In this document: piece after piece, positions 57,603 to 64,000 of the stretch
How the letters are laid out: each line of letters begins with the position of its first letter
Numbering within the stretch: the first letter of the stretch is position 1
NCBI GenBank assembly: GCA_001421095.1
Contig: LIIK01000008.1
Span: forward strand, 2,791 to 66,790
Source of the DNA: Candidatus [Bacteroides] periocalifornicus
GTDB lineage: Bacteria; Bacteroidota; Bacteroidia; Bacteroidales; CAJPTX01
Reading direction: 5' to 3'
Length of the DNA: 64,000 nucleotides
Made by a program: the position numbers and the translations under genes
The notes under the pieces: generated by a model
Databases searched by the model: none
Seen by the model: the letters and a program-made list of their open reading frames with translations, nothing else
What the model was told of the DNA's origin: nothing

Positions 57603-57788
57603 TTACTTCAAGTCAGTCAGTTTTTCTGTATCAGCATCGCTATCTACATCCTTACCGCTGGCCTCGCTGCACTGCATCCCTGAAGACAACGTAAAGGAAA
57701 GATGCCAATCCCATTCCTTACCACCAAGAAGTTCTTCTTGCATGCTCTGTGGAATTTCAAAATCCACATTGAAATTCTTAACATCCAT
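57603..57788 (-). CDS. Candidate RiPP precursor peptide (61 aa) with double-glycine leader
   Basis: MDVKNFNVDFEIPQSMQEELLGG | KEWDWHLSFTLSSGMQCSEASGKDVDSDADTEKLTDLK. Verified ATG at 57788-57786 and TAA at 57605-57603. It is the only AT-rich part of the 181-aa track ORF and lies 158 nt upstream of the ATP-grasp gene. Confidence 0.65.
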   Translation of the reverse strand: MDVKNFNVDFEIPQSMQEELLGGKEWDWHLSFTLSSGMQCSEASGKDVDSDADTEKLTDLK

Positions 57789-57829
57789 GATCGTAAGTAT
57801 TTTGTGAAACAATATGAACACAACATCTA

Positions 57830-60133
57830 CTACAATCGCTGTACCTCGTCGGATACCTCGTTTGGTTTCTTCGTAGTTTTCATACCCCATCGGTACTGCA
57901 CTGAGAGGAAGACGCCGCGAATCCCACCCCGCGAAAAGCTGTCCCGCTGGATTCCGTTGGTCTCCAGGAGGATGTTCTCGTAGGCCGTATTGAACATATC
58001 GTCGGCTATTAGCTGAGTTACGAGCTGCCCCCCGAGCCAGCTCTTCGATATGCGCCCATCTGCATTGATGTAGCCCTTCGTCACCCCGGTGGCATAGCTC
58101 CCACCGTGCACGTGGGAGCGTACCCCAAGAGTTAGGTTCCATCCCCACCCTACTGCGTACCGTACTCGCAGCGAGTAGGCCACGAAGGGGTGGGTGTAGC
58201 GTTGGCCATTGTAGCGCAGATCCTGGAGCTGCACGCCAACCTGCCCGTTTATGGAGAGATGCCAGATCTTCGGGCTGAAGGCGAGCGCGGTGAAGTACTG
58301 GTTGTGGTCTGGCAGATTCATGGGGGCGACCAGCACTATGGCCTGGGCATCGTCATGCAGCCGCGCCACCTCAAAGACACGTGCGTAGACCCTGCTGTAG
58401 GAGACCTCCCACGATAGCCACCCGTAGGAGAGGTTGCATGCGACCTCGCGCAGCCGGCTGGTGCGCAGATTGGGGTTGCCATCCCAGCGGAGATACCGAT
58501 TGTTCATGAAGTGGTTCGAGGAGAGCTGTTCGTAGGAGGGTCTATCCACCATCTCCCTGTACGCCAGCTCGAGAGCCAGATTATCAGACTCGTAGCCCAG
58601 GGTGACCACAGGGAGAAGATCGAGCGACCTGCGGCTCTGCCCGGGCTGTAGCACCCTGTCTGCGTAGTACCGATAATCCACGTACTCCGCCCCGAGCTGC
58701 CCTTGGAGCCTCCACTGCTCGCCCAGCGTGTAGGTGCAGCCCACGTAGCCCCCTAGGCGATCTTGCCGGAACTGATCGGAGGCGAGCTGCGCGCGGCTAT
58801 ACTCCCCTTCACGAGCTGTGCGTGCGTAGTCTGCCCCTAGGGAAAGTTCAAAATCGCCTAGTTTGTGGGAGAAATCCCCCTTGGCAAAGAGAAGGCGGGC
58901 GCGCGATACGGTACGGTAGGCATCTGGCACCCCGCCTGTCCCGTAGAGGATCGCCCGCTCCGATTCAGCTCCCGTCCAGTAGTAGCTGCCCGTGATAGCT
59001 GCGGTTGTCCGCTCAGTCTGGAAATCGTAACCGCCCCCCACGGTGTAGCCCTGATTTTTATCTAGGGTTTCGCTCCGGAAGGGCTGCTCTTCCCTTGTGG
59101 TTGAACCAGAGCGCGGGCGTAACTGGTGCGAGAAATCACCCGCTATCACAGTTCGTTTCCTACGGCTCGGCTGGGCATCTACATACAGGTTGAGCGTATG
59201 GCTACTGCTCAGATGGTAGAACAGCTTGGCGCCACCCGATAGCTCACGATTTTGTCGACGGCGATTCGCAAGCAGACGATTATCCACCGTACCCCGCGAG
59301 GTGCCGTAGTGGAACACCTCCTCATCGTGCAGGCGGTTGGTATTCTCAAATTCGTGAATCCCGAGAAGGATATCGAGCCGGGACAGGCTAAGGAAACCGC
59401 TTGCATCCGCAGTATTCGTCCAACCGTTACGCAGTCCGAATTTGTCGTAGAGGTCGAACCCGATATATTCGCTCCGCTTACGGTAGGTGTTGATGATGAT
59501 GGCCGAGCCTACATTTACCCCGTACCGACCTGAGGGGTTCGTGGTGATCTCCACATTGCGAATCTGTGACGATTTCACGCGCGCAAGTTCGTTGGCATCC
59601 TGCACTTCCCGACCGTCTATGAATATGGCTGGCGTGCCATGCCCGAAGATGGACACCGCACCGTCTGTAACCTCCACCCGGGGCATTTCACGTAGCACAT
59701 CGAGCAGCGTGCCGACTGCCTCCAGCTGAGTCCCCTGGATCTTCACCGTGGTGAGGTTGGCCTTCCGCTCGATGCGTTCCGCATCGCCCCGGACTACCAC
59801 CCGCTCGATCTCCTGCACTGGAGAGTCGGCCACTACGATGCCAAGGTCAGTATCGCCTATCACGTTCACTGATATCTCTTGCAGATTCTGCCCGAGGTAG
59901 GTGAACCGTAGCCCGTAGTGACCCACGGAAACCGTGCCCGCCATGTGGCCTTGCGCATCGGTCCAGTACACTGCAGCGTGCCTCTGCTCCCCCTCGGGGG
60001 TGAATATGCAGGTAACATCGGGCAGCGGCCTACCTGTGCTATCCTGCAGCGTGAGGCTTACTCTAGCCACTTGGGCAACAGCCGGGGACACGGCAAGCAG
60101 TGACGCAACAAATACGGCTATCAATCTTTTCAT
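57830..60133 (-). CDS. Outer-membrane beta-barrel protein (CarboxypepD_reg-like + plug-like + OMP_b-brl_3/TonB-dependent-receptor-like barrel)
   Basis: Signal peptide MKRLIAVFVASLLAVSPAVAQ. N-terminal VSLTLQDSTGRPLPDV. Plug-like FGHGTPAIFIDGREV. Alternating beta-strand pattern ending in LSVQYRWG. Confidence 0.75.
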   Translation of the reverse strand: MKRLIAVFVASLLAVSPAVAQVARVSLTLQDSTGRPLPDVTCIFTPEGEQRHAAVYWTDAQGHMAGTVSVGHYGLRFTYLGQNLQEISVNVIGDTDLGIVVADSPVQEIERVVVRGDAERIERKANLTTVKIQGTQLEAVGTLLDVLREMPRVEVTDGAVSIFGHGTPAIFIDGREVQDANELARVKSSQIRNVEITTNPSGRYGVNVGSAIIINTYRKRSEYIGFDLYDKFGLRNGWTNTADASGFLSLSRLDILLGIHEFENTNRLHDEEVFHYGTSRGTVDNRLLANRRRQNRELSGGAKLFYHLSSSHTLNLYVDAQPSRRKRTVIAGDFSHQLRPRSGSTTREEQPFRSETLDKNQGYTVGGGYDFQTERTTAAITGSYYWTGAESERAILYGTGGVPDAYRTVSRARLLFAKGDFSHKLGDFELSLGADYARTAREGEYSRAQLASDQFRQDRLGGYVGCTYTLGEQWRLQGQLGAEYVDYRYYADRVLQPGQSRRSLDLLPVVTLGYESDNLALELAYREMVDRPSYEQLSSNHFMNNRYLRWDGNPNLRTSRLREVACNLSYGWLSWEVSYSRVYARVFEVARLHDDAQAIVLVAPMNLPDHNQYFTALAFSPKIWHLSINGQVGVQLQDLRYNGQRYTHPFVAYSLRVRYAVGWGWNLTLGVRSHVHGGSYATGVTKGYINADGRISKSWLGGQLVTQLIADDMFNTAYENILLETNGIQRDSFSRGGIRGVFLSVQYRWGMKTTKKPNEVSDEVQRL

Positions 60134-60420
60134 ACCACCAAGTTATAAACTATTTTTGGTTCAATAGCAAGCGTAGAGTCCAAAAAATATTTATTATACT
60201 ATACTGTGCTAATCATCAACCGTTTAGCGATGAAAAAAAGAGAATAACCCATGCGACCCGGCTCGAAGATCGCCCAGAAAATTATTATTGCTGACCAGTA
60301 AAAATACATTACAATTACTACAAATGACTGATAATCTTATAGTTATAGTCAAATTTAATGCAGGAGTTTACCTTTTAGACGGGTTATGCCAACTGCTATT
60401 ATCAGGGTGTTTTTCGCCTG

Positions 60421-60501
60421 TTAGACCTTATATAAGCCTATATTTTGAAGTTATTGACTATATTCCTAGGAGATTTCGTAACCCCATCAAGTAAGTTTTA
60501 C
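60421..60501 (-). repeat. Right arm of the inverted repeat bounding the cassette
   Basis: ttagaccttatataagcctatattttgaagttattgactatattcctaggagatttcgtaaccccatcaagtaagttttac. Confidence 0.8.
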
Positions 60502-60517
60502 TGGATAGCAATAATAG

Positions 60518-61546
60518 GCAATAGATTACGAGACGGGTGAACGGAGTTTCGGCTCAGTGGCAGTGGGCAATAATCTGGAGTATACTGACGATGGGATTAA
60601 GAACATAGCGGCCTCCCCCGCCTTATTTGCCAGCGTGGGGCTTTGGAGCAACTACACCCATGCCACCTACACGCACAGCTGGCGGCAGCTCTACTACATG
60701 GGTTCTGTGGGGCTACAGGGCCTAGCGGTCAATGCTACGAGTAAGCGGCATGACTACTGGCGGCCACGGGTAGCCGTGAGCCTTACATGGCGGTTGCCCC
60801 ACAGGCAGTCGGTACGCGGGAGCTACTACCTCACCAATCAGCTCCCGGAGAGCCGGAATCTGGTGACCTTCAACCAGTCGACCAACCCGTGGTTTCGCGA
60901 AGAGGGCAATCCCTACCTCGTCCCCATCCAGAGCCATCGTTTCAGCCTGAACTATGAGTGCGGGTTGGGCGATTTTCAGCTTCGCCTGCAGGTACGCCAT
61001 AACCGCAACAGCCAGATGATAGAGCCCTACCTGAGGCAAGAGGGAGCGGTGCAGGTCCAGTCGTACCGAAACAATGGCACTACGCTAGGCACCCATGCGG
61101 GGCTTGGGCTGAACTACCGAGGCGAGAGCATAATGGTATCGCTTACCTCTGAGTACTCGTGGGTGGCCTACAATGGGCAGCGGCCCAAGGGCTATGTGGG
61201 GGTAAGGGGCTTCCTCCGTTGGGATTTTGGCGACTTTTTCATGTACACCACCCTTGCCTGGCAGAACCAGAGCTACACGGCCATAGGCAGTACCGAATAC
61301 CCAGCCCCCCTAGAAGCCCACGTACAGATAGCTTGGCAGGCCACCAAGCGGCTCTACCTGGCACTGGCGCTGCCCTACTACTGGGGGGTGCGGAGCGAGA
61401 TAACGCGGATCGGGCAGGCAGACTACACGAGCTACCAGCGCACCTACTACCAGGGGGCCAGCTTTCGCCCTTGGGTGCTGGTGGCCTGGACGCTGCGTAG
61501 GAACGCCGAGCAGGCCATAGAGAACCGGATGCCCGAGCCGCTGTAG
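60518..61546 (+). pseudogene. 5'-truncated outer-membrane beta-barrel (OMP_b-brl_3-like) gene remnant
   Basis: The open frame starts right after a TAG at 60515, about 17 nt from the inverted-repeat arm, where GC content jumps. It encodes only the C-terminal ~340 aa of a barrel (NPWFREEGNPYLVP..., ends ...RPWVLVAWTL) with no signal, plug or N-terminal domain. Confidence 0.6.
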
Positions 61547-61630
61547 CGCGCAGCCCGTTGAGCCATGCCGCAGGGGGGATCTTTACGCGCAGCATTTGGC
61601 CAATCCGAGCCAAAGTAGTACCTTCGCGTC

Positions 61631-61715
61631 GGAGGAATGGCAGAGCGGTCGAATGCGGCGGTCTTGAAAACCGTTGTACCGCGAGGTACCGGGGGTTCGA
61701 ATCCCTCTTCCTCCG
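61631..61715 (+). tRNA. tRNA-Ser (TGA anticodon), class II with long variable arm
   Basis: Hand-folded: acceptor ggaggaa/ttcctcc, anticodon arm gcggt-ctTGAaa-accgt, variable arm gtacc-gcga-ggtac, T arm ggggg-ttcgaat-ccctc. Confidence 0.85.
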
Positions 61716-61765
61716 CGGAGGATTCCCGGGCGTGAACTGCTGGGGGAATCTGGGGGAATTCCCAA

Positions 61766-61802
61766 GTGCTGCAACCCAAAATCTGGGGGCAGCACTTTTT
61801 TC
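61766..61802 (+). terminator. Rho-independent terminator after tRNA-Ser
   Basis: Stem gtgctgc/gcagcac, then T7. Confidence 0.6.
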
Positions 61803-61899
61803 ATGCAGATACGGCGGCTGGGGATGTCATACTGCCGTTTTTGCCCATTCGCCTTCGTGCTCTTGTGGGGAGGAAGCTGCGCTGCTATCAGCTATTTGT

Positions 61900-62700
61900 T
61901 GGGGTGGGGAGCGCAGCAATGGGGGATGGCTCTCGTTGAGTTCGGCACTTCCTCTACCCAGATCTGCATAATCACCGCTTTGCACCAGATTCTTGCAGAA
62001 AAAGGGGAATTCCCGGCGCATTAATGGAGGGAGAGAACATGGGCACCCCTCCCTTCCCCCCTCTTCGTCCCTCCTCCCCGGTCGTACCATCCCCGTACCT
62101 GCGCCGTACCAACCTCGTACCTGCGTCGCTACATCCTCGGGTTTCGCCTAAGGCGAAATCCGAACTTGAAGCGACGGATGTGTCTGGTTGGTAGGAGGTT
62201 GGTATAAAGAAGGTGCGGAGGTGGTAGAATGCGCAAAAAGGGGGATGCCCTAGAGCATTTTCAGGGCTCGGTACGCTTGGCTTCTTACAGTGAGAGCGCA
62301 CTGCAAAACTCACATAAACGATGCGGCGTGGGCAGGTCGGGCACTCGTAGGTGGTCGGCCAACCGATACGCGCCCCTGCAGCACTGCCCCTACCACGATC
62401 TGAAAACAGGGGTGGCGCTCCAATGCGTCGGGGCTCGCCAACCCTTTATAAGAACGCCGTGGAACGCTTATATCACGCCACGGCACGCTGTGTAGCTACA
62501 GTCTTCGGTAATTTGAATTGCGTAACTAAAACCGATTTACCAGCAAGAAGGGGAAATGTAAAAGCTTGGGTACATACGGGACTTTTGCAGAGGTCTCGCG
62601 CGAACCCTCCATCCTGGGGCAGCCCGCACGCGGTTTCATCGTTAGGTGTGTAGAATCGCGCTGCCCTCTGCGATATGTCGAGGCGTTTGTAGTGGCGTGA
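61900..62700. repeat. Intergenic repeat mosaic (degenerate long-hairpin element ~62090-62205; degenerate MITE-like unit ~62470-62596)
   Basis: cgggtttcgcctaaggcgaaatccg, flanked by gtaccaacc repeats and ggttggta...gaaggtgcgg as at 28.6 kb. Also ...gggacttttgcagaggtct. Confidence 0.6.
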
Positions 62701-62867
62701 GGGGAGGGGCGTCGTTTAGATGGCTATCCTTGGAATCTGGGCAGAGTTGGACGGCCCCGCGGGCGGTAACCCCACTGCATGCCGTGGTCTGATAGGCCTT
62801 CCCCTGCGCGCATAAAAAACGCCTGGGTGTTCCCCAGGCGTTGGTTGGGTCCCGTATGCCGGGCGGC

Positions 62868-64000
62868 CTAGGCCAGCCCGTAGATGAAGATGGCGATGAT
62901 GGCTATAGGGGCTATGAAGCGCACGAGGAAGGTGTAGGTCTTCAGCATCCCTATGCTCCAGTGCTGCCGCCCCTCGCTGGTGAGCTCGGCCTCCACCAGC
63001 TTGCGCTGCATGAACCAGCCCACGAAGATAGAGACCAGCAGCCCGCCGAGCGGGAGCATGATCTTCGCGGTGAGGAAGTCGAGCCGGTCGAAGAAGTTCA
63101 TGGAGTAGGAGCAGAACACGCCGAGGATGATGACCCCAGCCGTAACGATGATAGTACCCACCGAGCGGCTGAGTTTGAACCGCTCGTGCACAAACACCAC
63201 GCAGGTCTCGGTGAGCGAGATGGTGGAGGTGATGGCGGCAATCATGATGAGGAAGAAGAAGATGGACGACCATAGGCTCGAGAGCGGCAGGCTCTTGAAC
63301 AGGCCCGGCACGGTGATGAAGAGCAGCCCGGGGCCTCCCTTCACCAGCTCCTGGGTTACAGCAGCTTTATCTGGCGCGAGCGCAAAGGCCGCAGGGAATA
63401 TCACCAGGCCGGCGAGGATGGCCACCAGCGTATCGAGTAGGGAGACCTGGGCGGCGGTTTTGAACAGGTGCGCATCCTGCTTGAAGTAGGAGCCGTAGGT
63501 AATCATGATCCCCATGCCCAGCGAGAGCGAGAAGAATGACTGCCCTAAGGCCGAGAGGAATGTGGAGCCATTGAGCTTGCTGAAATCGGGGTGGAAGAGG
63601 AATGAGAGCCCCTCGCCAGCCCCCTCTAGCGTTATGGAGCGTATGGCCAAGACGATGAGCAGGAGGAAGAGCACGGGCATGAGTAGCTTGGCCGATTTCT
63701 CAATGCCCTTCTTAACGCCAGAATTGACAAACACTCCCGTGAGTATGGCAAAGGTGGCCATTAGCGCCACCTGTATTGGGAATCTTGCGGCCAGGTTGCT
63801 GAAGTCGCCTGCGTAGTCTGTCACGCTGGCCAGCTGCCCAGAGACCGATTGGATGAAGTACCAGAGCGTCCAACCGCACACCACCTGGTAGAAACCCAGA
63901 ATGAGGAAGGCGGTGAGTATGCCGAGCCGGCCTACCCATTTCCATTGCGTACCCGGGGCCAGTACTCTGAACGACATCGAGGCGTTAGCCTTCCCAGCGC
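62868..64000 (-). CDS. Sodium-dependent transporter, NSS/SNF family (5' end beyond the window)
   Basis: Multi-TM protein. The frame stays open upstream of the track's Met to the window end (…AGKANASMSFRVL…). GPGLLFITVPGLF-type motifs. Confidence 0.7.
   Translation of the reverse strand, partial: AGKANASMSFRVLAPGTQWKWVGRLGILTAFLILGFYQVVCGWTLWYFIQSVSGQLASVTDYAGDFSNLAARFPIQVALMATFAILTGVFVNSGVKKGIEKSAKLLMPVLFLLLIVLAIRSITLEGAGEGLSFLFHPDFSKLNGSTFLSALGQSFFSLSLGMGIMITYGSYFKQDAHLFKTAAQVSLLDTLVAILAGLVIFPAAFALAPDKAAVTQELVKGGPGLLFITVPGLFKSLPLSSLWSSIFFFLIMIAAITSTISLTETCVVFVHERFKLSRSVGTIIVTAGVIILGVFCSYSMNFFDRLDFLTAKIMLPLGGLLVSIFVGWFMQRKLVEAELTSEGRQHWSIGMLKTYTFLVRFIAPIAIIAIFIYGLA

Noticed and set aside
57603-58148. 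181-aa track ORF taken at face value
   Set aside because: Its first ~120 codons overlap the 3' end of the OMP gene in another frame and lie in high-GC DNA. Only the last 61 codons (AT-rich, own ATG) make biological sense.
54757-61546. SusC-type shufflon swapping 5' ends between the intact and truncated OMP genes
   Set aside because: The inverted-repeat arms are intergenic, one of them after era. Inversion between them would not fuse the intact 5' end to the truncated gene. No invertase or tyrosine recombinase is present in the window.

Overview
The window looks like a high-GC Bacteroidota chromosome. GC is about 57% in the 60-nt lines I sampled. Supporting signs are recurrent TAnnTTTG '-7' promoter boxes (often cTACCTTTGc), four proteins with T9SS C-terminal sorting domains, a PorP/SprF gene, and HmuY-family and gingipain (C25)-family genes.

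Layout:
- 1-20 kb: mostly housekeeping genes (M23 peptidase, CapA, MerR, Nif3 plus zinc-ribbon partner, 7TM-HD, UPF0597, aroC), followed by a 2419-aa PKD adhesin with its cognate PorP/SprF.
- 20-52 kb: accessory-like. Genes are separated by unusually long non-coding stretches (0.3-1.7 kb) built from a few repeat families. The most distinctive is a REP-like 'GTAG + 20-nt palindrome' unit, often arranged as ~200-bp inverted doublets.
- Genes in the 20-52 kb region: ECF sigma, DUF5606, an antiporter, M20 amidohydrolase, MarC, tRNA-Met, an orphan ParA/RHH pair, a Zn-ribbon/SPFH-SHOCT/membrane trio, a BspA-LRR T9SS protein, a 1402-aa double-activase fusion, TetR, an InlB-repeat T9SS protein, a heavily decayed C25 peptidase pseudogene and an HmuY-like lipoprotein.
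- 52.6-54.7 kb: YeiH and Era.
- 54.76-60.50 kb: a cassette bounded by ~76-81-bp imperfect inverted repeats. It holds the most interesting system, an AT-rich (about 35% GC) minus-strand operon. The operon encodes a 61-aa double-glycine-leader peptide, an ATP-grasp ligase, a translationally coupled 67-aa ORF, and a SPASM-domain protein with no canonical radical-SAM CX3CX2C motif. An outer-membrane beta-barrel gene sits directly upstream on the same strand. I read this as a graspetide-type RiPP ('grasp-with-spasm') cluster with an uncharacterised product.
- After the cassette: a 5'-truncated OMP paralog, tRNA-Ser, more repeats, and a partial Na+-dependent (NSS) transporter.

All protein calls rest on motif recognition by eye. 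No BLAST, HMM or folding was run. Start codons were re-chosen where the track's longest ORF begins at TTG/GTG upstream of an obvious ATG.
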